Source of the DNA: Sumerlaeia bacterium
GTDB lineage: Bacteria; Sumerlaeota; Sumerlaeia; SLMS01; JAHLLQ01
Length of the DNA stretch: 64,000 bases
Direction of reading: 5' to 3'
NCBI GenBank assembly: GCA_040219255.1
Contig: JAVJSW010000002.1
Span: forward strand, 1-64,000
Below, one piece after another: positions 1-11,155 of this stretch (the stretch's first letter is position 1; every line of letters starts with the position of its first letter). A program made the translations under genes and the position numbers. The notes beneath the pieces are model-generated. The model worked only from the letters and a program-made list of their open reading frames with translations. It had not been told where the DNA came from and ran no database searches.

Positions 1-53
1 GGCCAGGGAAGCGGCGGAACAAGAAGGGAAAGAAGCACACGGTAAGGGAGTCC

Positions 54-260
54 TTAGTTGTACTGGAGACCGCAGGCGGCGGAGGCGAAGTGGCCGTTGG
101 CGTGTGTGGCAAAGAATTCGAGCCCCTCGACATCGCTCATGTCGTTTACCGTCATCTGAACGGTGACCGAATGGGACACGGGAACGGGAGAGGGAATCGT
201 CGTACTGCCAAGCTGCTCCGCTTTCTGTGGCTCGCTCGACTCTTCTGAATTCTTGAGCAT
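54..260 (-). CDS. small 68-aa protein, possible RiPP precursor peptide
   Basis: ATG with GAAGG RBS-like motif just upstream; co-oriented with the upstream genes; acidic N-terminal part and small-residue C-terminal part (FATHANGHFASAACGLQYN). Confidence 0.5.
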   Translation of the reverse strand: MLKNSEESSEPQKAEQLGSTTIPSPVPVSHSVTVQMTVNDMSDVEGLEFFATHANGHFASAACGLQYN

Positions 261-292
261 GCGGAACCTTCGTCAACAAGTCCCGTGGGAGC

Positions 293-709
293 CTACCCCG
301 CCACCGCCCGCAGTTCCAGCACTGGCAGGTCGCCTTCCGGCGGGGCGGGGGGTGTGCCCTTGGGGTCGGCGGCGAGGGGGCGAAAGAGATCGCGCAGGCG
401 GTCGCGGAACGGGCCGAGGTCGAAGCCTTCGTAGGTGGCCGGGTAGGGTTCGAGGTAGCTCATGCCGTCGCGATAGAGGCGGTAGGCTCCGGCGGTGTTG
501 CCGCGCTGCCAATGGAGGATGGCGACGGCGACCATAATCAGGCCCTTGTAGTAATTGCGGGCCGGGCTGGTTTCCATGATCCAGAGGTCTTCGAGGACTT
601 CGTGGGCCTCGAAAAAATCGCGTGCGTTGAAGAGTTGAAAGTAATCGAGATACTGACGCGGGAACGGGATCGGACCGTCGAAACCGAGATCGGGATGGGT
701 TACGGGCAC
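293..709 (-). CDS. DUF309 domain protein
   Basis: LFNARDFFEAHEVLEDLW and YYKGLIMVAVAILH match the DUF309 signature. Confidence 0.85.
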   Translation of the reverse strand: MPVTHPDLGFDGPIPFPRQYLDYFQLFNARDFFEAHEVLEDLWIMETSPARNYYKGLIMVAVAILHWQRGNTAGAYRLYRDGMSYLEPYPATYEGFDLGPFRDRLRDLFRPLAADPKGTPPAPPEGDLPVLELRAVAG

Positions 710-749
710 GCGTCAGCCTTTCGTGCGGGGGTTGATGGGGTTGGGGGGG

Positions 750-1454
750 TTACGCGCGCTTGCCTTGACGGTTGACGAATTCGCGCATCGTCTGCAGGAA
801 GCGCAGTTGCGCCTTCTGGATTTCCGTCGGGTTCTCGGTGGACTTGAGTTCGTTGAGTTTGTTCTCGAGTTGCTGGAGGGTGTCGAGGGAGTGCTGGAGT
901 TGCGCCTGGGCCTCGCTGCCTTCGTAGCGGTCGAGGATCAGGTCGTAGAGTTCCTGCTCGACTTGGGAGAGGGGCTTGCTGTCGTCGCTCAGGAGGGCGG
1001 TGAGGCGTTTGGTGGTGGCGCGAAGCTGATCGGGGCTCTGGCGCAGTGCTGTCAGGGCCAATTGGTCGAGCTTCTGCTCGGCTTCGATGAGGGACTGATC
1101 GGTCTGCTCGATCAGGAAATCCTCGATCGCTTTGCGGCCCGTGGGAATGGTCTGAACCATTTGGTCGGCGGCGGATTCGACGACTGTCGGGGCGCTGGAG
1201 CGCAGTTGCTGCGTCACCGTAGGGCGCACCTGGGGCATGATTTCTTCGTCGATGTAGCTCACCGCCATGTTGGCGAGGGCGTCGGGGGTGACGCTGGGTG
1301 TGAGCTTGGAATTCAGCCAGGAGAAGTAAAACACGATGATGAGGCAGAGCACGACGCCCACGCCGACCGTGACGGCGAGGCGGGATCGGGCGGTGTCGGC
1401 CTTTTCTTCGATGCGTTCTTCGATGGTGTTCAGTAGTTTCTTTTCGTCAGCCAT
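750..1454 (-). CDS. hypothetical single-pass membrane protein with helical soluble domain
   Basis: GGAG RBS; one hydrophobic helix (LAVTVGVGVVLCLIIVFYFSWL) followed by amphipathic/coiled-coil sequence. Confidence 0.8.
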   Translation of the reverse strand: MADEKKLLNTIEERIEEKADTARSRLAVTVGVGVVLCLIIVFYFSWLNSKLTPSVTPDALANMAVSYIDEEIMPQVRPTVTQQLRSSAPTVVESAADQMVQTIPTGRKAIEDFLIEQTDQSLIEAEQKLDQLALTALRQSPDQLRATTKRLTALLSDDSKPLSQVEQELYDLILDRYEGSEAQAQLQHSLDTLQQLENKLNELKSTENPTEIQKAQLRFLQTMREFVNRQGKRA

Positions 1455-1532
1455 GATGGTCGAAAACTCCTCGGTCTATCGTCGGATTCGGTGTTGAGGG
1501 GAGGGGGGATGGGGGCCGGGGCGCGGGGGGCC

Positions 1533-2732
1533 TCAGCTCGTTTCCCCATCCTCGGGGGCCACGGTCGGTTCCGGGGTCGGGTCCGGCTTGGGGGTCGCCT
1601 CCGGTTCGGGCTCCGGCGTCACTTCCGGCTCCGGGGCAGGGGTCGGGGTGGGTTCGGGAGTTTCCGTCGGCTCCGGGGTCGGCGTCGCCGTGGGCTCCGG
1701 GGTCTCCGTCGGGGTGGGCGTAGGCGTCGGAGTAGGCGTAGGGGTTGGGGTATCCGTCGGCGTCGGAGTCGGAGTCGGCGTCGGCGTAGGTGTAGGAGTG
1801 GGGGTATCTGTCGGCGTCGGGGTCGGTGTGGGAGTCGGCGTCGGAGTGGGTGTCGGGGTCGGGGTCGGTGTCGGAGTGGGCGAGGGGGTTGGGGTGGCCG
1901 TTTCCTCGATTTCCTTCACCAGGGGAGAAGGCACTTCCTCGGCGTCTTTGGCGTCGGCCACGGTGCCCTTGGCGAGCTTGTCTTTTTGCAGGGAGAGGGC
2001 GACGACTTCGGCGAAGCTGTCGAACATCTGCTGCTTGAGCTGTGCGTCGGACAGTTCGGCGATGTCGGCGGGCACGGGAAGGCTGTTGAAGCTGTTTTCC
2101 ATGTTCCGGATAGCCTGGCCGAAGTCACCGAGGAATTCCTTCTTCACGCGGCTTTCGACGCCGACCATGGCCTGGTTGAGGCGGCCCTGCATGGCGCGCA
2201 GTTCATCCTGGCTGTATTCGGAGAGTTCGGGCAATTCCTCCATGAGGCGGGCGGAATACTTCTGCACCATGCCGGAGCCGAGATTGCGGACGCGGTCGTC
2301 GAGGCGGGTCTGGAGGTTGTCCATCAGCAGGAGCATCTCGGAATTGACGAGGGAGATGACTTCCTCGCTCCGCTCGCTGGCTTCCCGGCGGATGGCTTCC
2401 TGATAGACGGGTGTCAGTTCCTGGATGATGGCGCGGGCGTCATCTTCCAATTGGGGAACGATGGTGTTGGAGGCTTCGGCGGCGAGGGCTTCGGTGAGAC
2501 GTTCCTGGTCGAAGTTGCCGCTGACGTCGCGAATGACGACCCAGATCATGACCGCGGCCACCAGGACGATGGCGACGGGAACCAGGAAGCTGGCGATTCG
2601 CTGCCGCCCCTGGGTCTTGTCGAGTTCGTCGAGTTGTTCCTGAATGCGTTGCAGTTGATCTGTATTGGTCGCGTTGGAAGGGGCCGGTTCGGCTTTCTTC
2701 TCGGGGGCCTTACTTGACTTTTTCTCCGCCAT
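1533..2732 (-). CDS. hypothetical single-pass membrane protein with helical domain and C-terminal Pro-Thr/Pro-Glu repeat tail
   Basis: AAGGAAAGG upstream; TM helix ([19 protein letters not shown]); about 100-aa (TP)n/(EP)n tail. Confidence 0.85.
   Translation of the reverse strand: MAEKKSSKAPEKKAEPAPSNATNTDQLQRIQEQLDELDKTQGRQRIASFLVPVAIVLVAAVMIWVVIRDVSGNFDQERLTEALAAEASNTIVPQLEDDARAIIQELTPVYQEAIRREASERSEEVISLVNSEMLLLMDNLQTRLDDRVRNLGSGMVQKYSARLMEELPELSEYSQDELRAMQGRLNQAMVGVESRVKKEFLGDFGQAIRNMENSFNSLPVPADIAELSDAQLKQQMFDSFAEVVALSLQKDKLAKGTVADAKDAEEVPSPLVKEIEETATPTPSPTPTPTPTPTPTPTPTPTPTPTPTDTPTPTPTPTPTPTPTPTDTPTPTPTPTPTPTPTETPEPTATPTPEPTETPEPTPTPAPEPEVTPEPEPEATPKPDPTPEPTVAPEDGETS
1561..1900 (-). 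repeat. coding hexamer tandem repeat encoding a (Thr-Pro)n linker
   Basis: Degenerate GGNGTN units on the + strand with synonymous third-position variation; translate as TPTPTP. Confidence 0.9.
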
Positions 2733-2951
2733 GAGCGCTGCCTTTCCTTATGTCGGATTGCTCTCGATCAAGGTTGTACGATTTAGCTCAGTGCCGTTTC
2801 GGGCGCTAAATTGAGGGTCGTTCGCGATGATGGAAAAAGCCCTTGGCGGGCCGCAAACGATTTCGAACGGTTGTCAATGCCGCAGCCGTTGCGAAAGTGG
2901 CGCCAAATGGCCTGTCGGCGGAGAGCCTGATTCGTGAAAACCCAGGCGTCA

Positions 2952-5900
2952 TCAGGCATTCGCCTCGCCGACCGGCTGTTCCTTGAGGTAATCGAGGGCT
3001 TCGCGGATGCGTTCCAGTTCGTCGCGGAACGGCTCGGTTCGCCAGTGCGCCGAATTTCCGGCGGCTTCATCCGCCAGCCGGCTCAGCCGCGCCAGCCGCA
3101 GCGCGCCGAAATTGGCCGCCGAACCCTCCAGCGTATGCAGGTGGCCCGCCACGGCGTCGCCGTCACCTTCGCGCATGGCGGCCTCCAGACCCGTCATCAG
3201 CAGCGTGACTTCTTCCAGGAACGTCTCGGCGAAGACGCGTTCGAAATCGCGGTCGCCGCGGCTCACCTGACGGATCCGGTTCGTGTCCAGGACGGACAAG
3301 TCGTCTTCCACGTCAGGCAATTCGATCCAGACGGGCTCCGGGCCGGGCTCTGTCTCCGGGGCCCATCGTTCCTCATCGGTATCTTCGAAGGATTCGCCCC
3401 GGATCGCGCTTTCCCCCGGTTCGCCTTCCTCGGGCGCGGGCGGTTCGGCGCCTTGCTCCGCCGGCGACAGAAAGCGTTCCAGCGACGCCTTGAGCATTTC
3501 CGGCTGGATCGGCTTGGTCAGGTAATCGTCCATGCCCGCTTCCAGACATCGCTCGCGATCGCCCTGCATCGCGTAGGCCGTCATGGCCACCACGGGAACT
3601 TTACAGCGATTGTCGGAGAGGGAACGGATGCGGCGGGTGGCTTCGAAGCCATCCATCCCGGGCATCTGGCAATCCATGAGGATCAGGTCGAAGGTCTGCT
3701 TCTCCAGCGCGTCGAGAACCTTCTGGCCGTTCGCGGCCACGTCCACTTGGCCGTAGCCGATGTTCTGCAAGAGGCGCAGGGCCAGCTTGCGGTTGACCAG
3801 GTTGTCCTCGGCGAGGAGCAGGCGTGGCGTGCGGGCCGGGGGGGCGGGACGCTTGGCCTTGGGCTTCGGCCTGGCGGGCGTCTTCTTGCGGCGTGCCGGT
3901 TTGATTTCCGGCCGAGCGGCTTGCGCCCGGGGCTCGGCGGGCTTCTTGGGGGCCGGCTGCTCGGATGCCGGCTTGGCAGCCGCGGGGATGGCCTTCTCAG
4001 CTTCCAGGGCTTTCTCGAGGGCCGCCGGATCGTAGGGAAGCCGTTCGGCCCGGATGGCGTCCGCCAGCGTCCGCAGCAGGAGCGAAGGCTTGGCCGGTTT
4101 CTTCAGCCGGGCGTCGAACAACAGAGGGACGAGGGCTGACTTCTCCCGCACCAATTGGCGCCGCGACGACAGACCGGTGACCAGCACCAGTGCCATGTCT
4201 TTCAGCCGGTCGTCTTCGCGGACGGCGCGGGCGACTTCCCCGCCATCGAGTTCGGGCATGTGGAAATCGATCACTGCGGCCTGATAGCCCTCGCCCGCGC
4301 CGGCGGCGCGGCGTAGCTCCGCCAGCGCATCGAGCCCGTTGGCCCGTACCTCGATGCGGGCCACGTGGGGCGCCAACTGCTCGCGCAGAATCTTGCGGCT
4401 GATTTCGCTGTCGTCCACCAGCAGAACCCTAGACTCCCTCAGCGTTTCCACCACTCCCCGGTCCGCTGGCGCCATCGTTTCGCCGGCTTCCGCCGGAGCC
4501 GGAAGATCGACCCAGAAAGTCGACCCATCGCCCGGCACCGTCTGCAGGCCGATCAGGCCGCCCATGCCTTCGATCAGGCGTTTGCTGATAACGAGGCCAA
4601 GGCCCGTGCCGCCAAAGCGCCGCGTGGTCGAAGCGTCCACCTGAGAGAAGACTTGGAAGAGGCGGTCCTGGCGGTCTTCCGGAATGCCGATGCCAGTGTC
4701 GTGGACGGCGAGGCTGAGACGGGGCTGGCCGTTCTCGTCCTCCGCGGCCTGGGCCTCGAGGATCACCGATCCCGTTTCCGTGAACTTGATGGCGTTATTG
4801 CCGAGATTGAGGAGCACCTGGCGCAACCGGCCCGCGTCTCCGACGATGCGGCGGGGGGCGCCGGGGCGGATCAGAGCGGCCAGTTCGAGGCCTTTCTCGT
4901 GGGCGCGGGGGGCCAGGATGTCCATCGCCTCCTCGACCACCAGTGTGGGGTCGAAGGGCAATTCCTCCATCTCCATCTTGCCGGCTTCGATCTTCGAAAA
5001 ATCGAGGATGTCGTTGATGACGCTCATCAAGGCGGCGCTGGATTTGCGGATGGTGTCCGTGAAATCGCGCTGATCTTCGTCCAGCTCGGTTTCCAGCAAC
5101 AGGTCGGTCATGCCGATCACGCCATTCATGGGGGTGCGGATTTCGTGGCTCATGTTCGCCAGGAACTCGCTCTTGGCGCGGTTGGCGGCCATGGCCTCGT
5201 CGCGGGCGCGGGCGATTTCCTCCATATGGCGGGCGCGGGTGATCGCCGTGGCGGCGCGGATCGCCAGCGCCGACAGGAAATCCACTTCTTCCGGTGTGTA
5301 CTCGCGCGGTTCCTTGTCCAGCGCGTAGAGAACGCCCAGAGCCAGACCATCGTCGCTGACGATGGGGACTCCGGCGTAGGCCCTCAGTTTGTGGTCGCGC
5401 AGCATTGGGTTGGCGCCGAAGGGATCGTTCTCCACATCGGGAACGATCACCGGCGAAATGTGTTCGAGACACCAGCGCGTGGCGCCGTGCTCCTGGCGAA
5501 CGCGGGTGGCGGCTTCGTCCGGCTCCTGGGTCGCAACGGTGGTGGAACTCATGAGAAAACTCTCGCGAGCCCGGTCCCAGAGCACCACCGAGGCGCCGCC
5601 CGTGGCGGGCAGGAGCGTGTGCGCCATCTGGCAGATGCGGTCGAGCACCTGGGGCAAATCGCCGGAGGAAGTGAGGGTGAGGCTGGCGTCGGCGAGGGCG
5701 GCCTGGCGCTGATAAGCCTGCTCCTGGCGGCGCTTCTCGCGCAAGAGCGCCTCGCGGGCTTTGCGTTGCTCCGTCACGTCGGCGGCGGTGCCGCTGGCGC
5801 CGGTGATGCAGCCCGCTTCGTCGTAGATGGCGACGGCGTTGTAGCTCAGGTACACGGGCGAGCCATCGCGCCGGCGATGCACCGTTTCGTAGCGGCGCAC

Positions 5901-8264
5901 CGGGGCTCCATCGTTCAGCAGGGAGCCAAAGACCTCGCGGTCGCGTTCCTCCTGCGAGGCGTCCGAAAACTCCGTGATACTCTTGCCGGAGAGTTCGGAC
6001 GCATAGTAGCCGTAGATTTCCTGGCAGGCGCGATTGAGGAACGTGAAGCGCCCTTCGCGATCGGTGGCCCAGATCAGGTCAGCGCTCGTTTCGACCAGAT
6101 TGCGGTACTTGCGCTCGCTCTCCTGACGCGCCAGCTCCGCTTCGTGGCGGTCGGTCACGTCTTCCGTGACCGTGGCGACGTAGCTGGTTTCTCCGGTGAT
6201 TTCGTCGAAGATCGGGAATGCCCGGGTACGCACCCATCGGACGCCGCCGTCCTGGCGGCGAAGGCGGTACTCCATTTCGACCGGTTCGCGGCGGCTGCGC
6301 TCGCGGCCGGACCAACACAATTGCCGGTCGCGCCGGTCGATCATGGTCAGAATGCGCAACGGTTCGGCCATCGCCACGTCGGGAGCGACGCCCCAGATCG
6401 TCTCGAAAGCCGGGGAGACATAGAGCGCTTGCCGCAGATCGCCACTGAAGAGCATGAACGCTTCATTGATGGATTCGGTCAGTTCGCGGAAACGCCGCTC
6501 GCTCTCGCGCAACTGATGCTCGATTTGCACTTGTCCCGTGATGTCGAGGGAAACGGCCAGAATGCCGTCGGTGCCGTCCTCGAGCGGGATGCGCGTTTCA
6601 TTGAGTGCGTTGAAGCAGTAGCTGCCGTCCTTGCGGGCCGTCTCGACGGTGTGGGTGAGGATCTCGCCGGAGAGAATGCGCCCGATGTTGTCTTCGATTT
6701 GATCGTGGATTTTCGGCGGAGCGAGCTTGTGAATCTTCTCCCCGATCAGGTCCTCCCGTGTCCAGCCGATGGAGCGGCAAAGCGAGGGGTTGACGTCGAG
6801 GATCGTGCCCGTCGCGTCCTGCAGGATGATGCCCGCGGGCGAGAGGTTGAAGAGCGCTTCGTAGCGATGCAGGTTGCGAGCCATCTGCTCCTCGGCGCGT
6901 TTCTGCCTCGTCACATCGCGCGAGATGCCCATCGAGCCGACGACTTCGCCTTCGCGATTGCGCAGCACCGAGGCCGACAGGATGGCTGGAAAGACGGTGC
7001 CGTCCTTTCGCCGGTTGCTGACTTCGCCGTGCCACGACTCCTGGGTCGCGAGCGCCCGGTCGATTTCCGCCGCGTCCTCCAGCGCGCCGTACAATTCCAC
7101 CACCGGCAGACCCATCAGATCATCACGCTCGTAGCCGAAAGACTCGCAGGCGGCGTCGTTGCAGAGGACGACCTCGCGATCCCGATTCACGGCGATGATA
7201 ATGTCCGGTGAGCTTTCCACCAGGTGCCGGCTGAATTCCCGGGCATGGGCTTCCGAGGCCACGGCGCGAACGCGCTCCGTGACGTCGGTGGCCACGCAAA
7301 CCACCCCCGCCACATCCTGCGGGCCGTGGTACAGGGGCATGACCTGGGTCTCGAAAACCAGATCCGCCACCTTGATTTCCGCGCGCACGGACTCGCCCAT
7401 CAGGGCGCGCTCGAACATGTCCGCCGTCAGCGGTGTCCGCCGGTCCCATACGTCCATTCCCCGGCCGATCAGGCTTTGCTGGGACAGGCCAAGGCGCGTC
7501 AGGCGCGCGCCCACGGCGTGATTGACCACGCCGTTGGGATCGACGCTCATCAGCACCATCGGCGCGGCGGAGAGCACCGCGTCCATCTCGGCGCGCTGTG
7601 CCAGCAGATCGGTCTCGGCGCGCTTGCGCTTCGTCACGTCGAGCACGATGCCATCGACGCGGACGACTTCCCCGGTGGCCTCGTCGTGAACGGCGCGAGC
7701 GCGGTCCTTGACCCAGCGGATCTCGCCGCCGGGGCGCACGATGCGATACTCGACCTCGACCTCGCCCTCGGCGATGACGCGCTCCATAAAGGATTCGGCG
7801 ATCGCCATGTCCCGCGAGTAAATCACCTTACGCCAAAGGTCCGGATCGCGCTGGAAATCCTCCACGGGCCGGCCGTAGACGTTCTTGGCGGAAGGCGACA
7901 TGAACACCGGTTCCTTGGCCCCCGGCACGCCGGACCAGACGACCTCTTCCATGCTGTCGAGGATGCCTTGGAGACGGCGCTCCAGGCTCCGCCGCGAAGC
8001 GATGTGGCGCTGCAAATGGCGCGAGGAAACCATAAACAGCGACAGCAGCAGCATCACCGCAAAGATCGCCCCCGCCAGCAGCGCGTAGGCATACGCCGCC
8101 ATCCGGCCCAGGGACGCCGGCACCATGGGAATGGCGTCGAGCCCGAGATCGATCTCGCGCAGCAAATAGAAGGTTGCGATCAGGGTGCCAAAGGCCAGGA
8201 AGGCCAGTAGAATCAGGAACACTTTCCGGACGGAACCGGGGGAGTCGACGGATGCGGGAGCCAT
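2952..8264 (-). CDS. hybrid sensor histidine kinase (2 TM, about 6 PAS/PAC, GAF, HisKA, HATPase, 2 REC, Hpt)
   Basis: H-box [16 protein letters not shown]-box [15 protein letters not shown]-boxes DTGIG and GGTGLGL, receivers IDFHMP and LMDCQMP, Hpt HTLEGSA, repeated PAC motifs (DVT.RK/R). Confidence 0.95.
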   Translation of the reverse strand: MAPASVDSPGSVRKVFLILLAFLAFGTLIATFYLLREIDLGLDAIPMVPASLGRMAAYAYALLAGAIFAVMLLLSLFMVSSRHLQRHIASRRSLERRLQGILDSMEEVVWSGVPGAKEPVFMSPSAKNVYGRPVEDFQRDPDLWRKVIYSRDMAIAESFMERVIAEGEVEVEYRIVRPGGEIRWVKDRARAVHDEATGEVVRVDGIVLDVTKRKRAETDLLAQRAEMDAVLSAAPMVLMSVDPNGVVNHAVGARLTRLGLSQQSLIGRGMDVWDRRTPLTADMFERALMGESVRAEIKVADLVFETQVMPLYHGPQDVAGVVCVATDVTERVRAVASEAHAREFSRHLVESSPDIIIAVNRDREVVLCNDAACESFGYERDDLMGLPVVELYGALEDAAEIDRALATQESWHGEVSNRRKDGTVFPAILSASVLRNREGEVVGSMGISRDVTRQKRAEEQMARNLHRYEALFNLSPAGIILQDATGTILDVNPSLCRSIGWTREDLIGEKIHKLAPPKIHDQIEDNIGRILSGEILTHTVETARKDGSYCFNALNETRIPLEDGTDGILAVSLDITGQVQIEHQLRESERRFRELTESINEAFMLFSGDLRQALYVSPAFETIWGVAPDVAMAEPLRILTMIDRRDRQLCWSGRERSRREPVEMEYRLRRQDGGVRWVRTRAFPIFDEITGETSYVATVTEDVTDRHEAELARQESERKYRNLVETSADLIWATDREGRFTFLNRACQEIYGYYASELSGKSITEFSDASQEERDREVFGSLLNDGAPVRRYETVHRRRDGSPVYLSYNAVAIYDEAGCITGASGTAADVTEQRKAREALLREKRRQEQAYQRQAALADASLTLTSSGDLPQVLDRICQMAHTLLPATGGASVVLWDRARESFLMSSTTVATQEPDEAATRVRQEHGATRWCLEHISPVIVPDVENDPFGANPMLRDHKLRAYAGVPIVSDDGLALGVLYALDKEPREYTPEEVDFLSALAIRAATAITRARHMEEIARARDEAMAANRAKSEFLANMSHEIRTPMNGVIGMTDLLLETELDEDQRDFTDTIRKSSAALMSVINDILDFSKIEAGKMEMEELPFDPTLVVEEAMDILAPRAHEKGLELAALIRPGAPRRIVGDAGRLRQVLLNLGNNAIKFTETGSVILEAQAAEDENGQPRLSLAVHDTGIGIPEDRQDRLFQVFSQVDASTTRRFGGTGLGLVISKRLIEGMGGLIGLQTVPGDGSTFWVDLPAPAEAGETMAPADRGVVETLRESRVLLVDDSEISRKILREQLAPHVARIEVRANGLDALAELRRAAGAGEGYQAAVIDFHMPELDGGEVARAVREDDRLKDMALVLVTGLSSRRQLVREKSALVPLLFDARLKKPAKPSLLLRTLADAIRAERLPYDPAALEKALEAEKAIPAAAKPASEQPAPKKPAEPRAQAARPEIKPARRKKTPARPKPKAKRPAPPARTPRLLLAEDNLVNRKLALRLLQNIGYGQVDVAANGQKVLDALEKQTFDLILMDCQMPGMDGFEATRRIRSLSDNRCKVPVVAMTAYAMQGDRERCLEAGMDDYLTKPIQPEMLKASLERFLSPAEQGAEPPAPEEGEPGESAIRGESFEDTDEERWAPETEPGPEPVWIELPDVEDDLSVLDTNRIRQVSRGDRDFERVFAETFLEEVTLLMTGLEAAMREGDGDAVAGHLHTLEGSAANFGALRLARLSRLADEAAGNSAHWRTEPFRDELERIREALDYLKEQPVGEANA

Positions 8265-8487
8265 GGAAGGGAGCGGAAAACCTCTGGGAAGGAACGTTTA
8301 TGAGCAGAAAAAGAGTGCCCGGCGGCAAGGCCCGGTCATAGAACCAGAGCCATCGCGCTGGCAACCCTTTGTCCAAGCCCGCTGCAAAGGTTGCGGCATG
8401 AGCACGAAGCAAAACTGCGGTAGCGCGCTAAAGCGAATTGCGCAATGGTTCATTATTCCCACTCGTCTTGAAGGGTGCTTTCCCATC

Positions 8488-9513
8488 ATGCTCGATCCCC
8501 AGGCAGAAGACGCCCCGGCCGAAACACGCCAGAGCGAGGAAAGGCGGGGCGGCGAAGAGCCCGCCGAAGGCATTCCCGCGATCACGTCTCGGCGCGACGC
8601 GGATGGAGAGCGCGCCCTTGATTCGCGGGAGGCGGACGCCACCCCGCCGCGCCGCATCGAACCGCTCGAGCGAAGGCTTTTCAACACGAAGTATTTGCGA
8701 GCGGGGAAAACCGATTGGTGGCACCAGTTCCTGGTCATTCCCAACCTGATCGCGATCTGCGCCTTGCTCTTCACCTTCTACCAGTTCCACCATTCCAAAC
8801 AAAGCCAGGCGAAGCAGGACAGGGAATGGGAAGCGGACAAGGCCCAAATGCGCCATGAAATGGCCACCGCCGAGCACGATGTGAACCGCTCCGGCTTGTT
8901 GATGGCCATGAATACGGGCATGGGATTCAACGAAGTGCAGGATTACGCGCGCCAATTCGAGGAGTCGATGCCGGAGAAGGTGAGCGACTTTGATCGGATG
9001 CTGCTCGCCCAGGCTCATCTGCGGCTTGGCAGACGCCACGAAGCGGTCAGCGGCCTGGACGGTTTGAGGCACGCCGCAGCCACGGAGCCCTTGATCAAGG
9101 CGCGATGCGTGGTCAGTCTGTTGGAGCTTTATCTCCAAGAGAACGACCTGCGAGCGGTGAAGGAATTGTTGGAGGAAGCCGACGAGCTGACGGCTCAACT
9201 CGCCGGGCTGCCGCGCCAGCAATTCGTGACGACGCTGACCTTCTATGCCGCCATGCTGGCAGTGCATCATCAAGACCCGGAATCGCTTCGCCGCGCGCTG
9301 GACGAGATGCGAACCATCCATCCTCCGTCGATGCGCAGCCAGGCCATGGCGGGCCTGCTCCCCAGTTTCGAGGTTCTTCAGCGAGCCGTCCATGCCCACT
9401 CTCTCAGTGAAATCGACGAGATTTACGGCGAATTCCTGGATTGGCTCAGCGTCAACGTACCGTCGGAGTCCCGCGCCATGTACCAGGACTCGCTTTTTTA
9501 CACAATCTACTGA
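8488..9513 (+). CDS. hypothetical membrane-anchored helical-repeat (TPR-like) protein
   Basis: ORF 8185..9513; likely start ATG 8488 (start uncertain); one TM helix then amphipathic helices. Confidence 0.65.
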   Translation: MLDPQAEDAPAETRQSEERRGGEEPAEGIPAITSRRDADGERALDSREADATPPRRIEPLERRLFNTKYLRAGKTDWWHQFLVIPNLIAICALLFTFYQFHHSKQSQAKQDREWEADKAQMRHEMATAEHDVNRSGLLMAMNTGMGFNEVQDYARQFEESMPEKVSDFDRMLLAQAHLRLGRRHEAVSGLDGLRHAAATEPLIKARCVVSLLELYLQENDLRAVKELLEEADELTAQLAGLPRQQFVTTLTFYAAMLAVHHQDPESLRRALDEMRTIHPPSMRSQAMAGLLPSFEVLQRAVHAHSLSEIDEIYGEFLDWLSVNVPSESRAMYQDSLFYTIY

Positions 9514-9644
9514 TCTTCGCCAGCCCCTTCAAATGCGGCGTTGACGGTCCGCAGCCCTCTGATGCTACGATTTTGAGCGATCGAGGATCGATCCGTGCTT
9601 AGGCACCCATCGCGAACTCCGATCGGAATAGGACCCTGTCTCTC

Positions 9645-9995
9645 ATGAGCACTCTGCAGACCCTGGCATTTCTTCCCAACCTTTCCCCTCTCGAGATCTT
9701 CGTGATCTTCATGGTGGTGCTTCTGATTTTCGGGCCCAAGAGCCTGCCCGCGCTGGGTCGCTCGATGGGCAAGGCGATGCGCGAATTCCGCATGGCCAGC
9801 AGCAAGTTTCAGGAATCGCTGACCGATTACGAGGACGAAGACGACGCCCGCAAGGATCACGAGGCGCCCAAGAAGGAACGGAGCCGTCCCGCTGGCGAAC
9901 TGGCCAGCGAGAAGTCCGAATCCATCGAAGCCCCCCGCGAGAAAGAATTCGCCCCCTCCGCGCCCTCCGGTCCGATTATCGAGCGCAACTCCTGA
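9645..9995 (+). CDS. tatA: twin-arginine translocase subunit TatA/B
   Basis: EIFVIFMVVLLIFGPKSLPALGRSMGKAMREFR: TM, FG hinge and amphipathic helix; next to tatC. Confidence 0.92.
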   Translation: MSTLQTLAFLPNLSPLEIFVIFMVVLLIFGPKSLPALGRSMGKAMREFRMASSKFQESLTDYEDEDDARKDHEAPKKERSRPAGELASEKSESIEAPREKEFAPSAPSGPIIERNS

Positions 9996-10057
9996 TCTCC
10001 CTTTCGTCCCCCGAGAGTCCTCCCACCCATTTCCTCCAGAAGTAATAGCCCCGGGCC

Positions 10058-11155
10058 GTGCCGCTGATTCCCACAGACGAGCGCAACCTCTCCTTCCTCG
10101 GGCATCTCGAGGAACTGCGCGCGCGGCTCATCAAGGTGGCCGTGGGGATCGTCTTCGGGGCTATCGCCGGCTGGTTCCTGGCGCCCCCCGCGCTCAACCT
10201 GATTACCATACCGATCAAGGAAGCGGGCATCGTTCAGCAGGGTGGCCTGACGCTCACCCTCGCCCTCACCCCCGAAGGCTACCTCAAGGCCGTCGACCTG
10301 CCCGAAGCCCTCGCGCCCATCCAGGAATCGGCCGGTATTCTGGCGCCTACAATGCCGCTGGTGCCCGACGAGACCGATAGGGTGACCACCGGTTCCGCCG
10401 TGACGAGCCCGGTTCTCACTTCGCCCGCCCTAACTGTTCCACCTCCCGTCAAGACGCCAGCCGTTCAGCCGCCCATGCCCTACGATATCGCGGCGCTGGT
10501 GTTCGCCGACCCGGTGAGCGGCCAGCCCCTGGCGACGTTCCTGCGCAGCGACCGGCAGGGCGTTTTTTATCTGCGCCCCATGGATCCGTTTCTGATCCGG
10601 CTCAAGGCGGCCTTGATTCTGGGCATTCTGATCGCGTTGCCGATCATTTTTTATCAGGTCTACGCCTTCATCGCCCCCGGACTGACGCCCAACGAACGCC
10701 TCTGGGCCGGGCCGTTTTACTTCTCCGCGCTGCTGCTGTTCCCCATCGGAGCCGCCTTCGCCTATTACATGCTGCGGTTCGCCCTGCTGTTTTTCGCTCA
10801 GTACGCCAGCGAGGACGTTTACGTCTTCAACGACCTGCGGGCTTACCTCAGCTTTGCGTTGACCACCATGTTGGCGTTCGGTGTGGTTTTCGAACTGCCA
10901 TTGCTGGTGCTGCTCGTCACGCGGCTCGGCCTGGTCTCGGTTGAGAAGCTCGCTTCGCAACGGCGTCTTGTGTTCGTGATTCTTCTGGTGATCGCCGCGG
11001 TGGCCACACCCACGGGAGATCCCTTTACCCTCGCAGCGATGACGCTGCCACTCTACGCCTTGTTCGAACTGTCGCTCATCGTCAGCCGCCTGACCGCTGC
11101 CAAGGCGGAGGACGACGGGCCCGCTTCCGAAAACCCGAGGGACGAGGTCGAATGA
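10058..11155 (+). CDS. tatC: twin-arginine translocase subunit TatC (with long loop insertion)
   Basis: HLEELRARL, FIAPGL..NE, FGVVFELP, TPTGDPF and LFELS motifs. Confidence 0.95.
   Translation: MPLIPTDERNLSFLGHLEELRARLIKVAVGIVFGAIAGWFLAPPALNLITIPIKEAGIVQQGGLTLTLALTPEGYLKAVDLPEALAPIQESAGILAPTMPLVPDETDRVTTGSAVTSPVLTSPALTVPPPVKTPAVQPPMPYDIAALVFADPVSGQPLATFLRSDRQGVFYLRPMDPFLIRLKAALILGILIALPIIFYQVYAFIAPGLTPNERLWAGPFYFSALLLFPIGAAFAYYMLRFALLFFAQYASEDVYVFNDLRAYLSFALTTMLAFGVVFELPLLVLLVTRLGLVSVEKLASQRRLVFVILLVIAAVATPTGDPFTLAAMTLPLYALFELSLIVSRLTAAKAEDDGPASENPRDEVE

Noticed and set aside
1561-1900. Repeat tract as a possible CRISPR array
   Set aside because: Contiguous coding hexamers with no unique spacers; no cas genes in the window.
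1588-2403. 271-aa Gly-Val repeat ORF on the + strand
   Set aside because: Antisense shadow of the Thr-Pro repeat in the real minus-strand gene.
4365-7211. 948-aa + strand ORF, and similar long ORFs at 17612..20041, 20623..22701, 24676..27540, 29984..32140, 34269..36206 and 56867..58924
   Set aside because: They overlap motif-supported genes in other frames or strands and have no recognisable motifs; expected stop-poor shadows in high-GC DNA.
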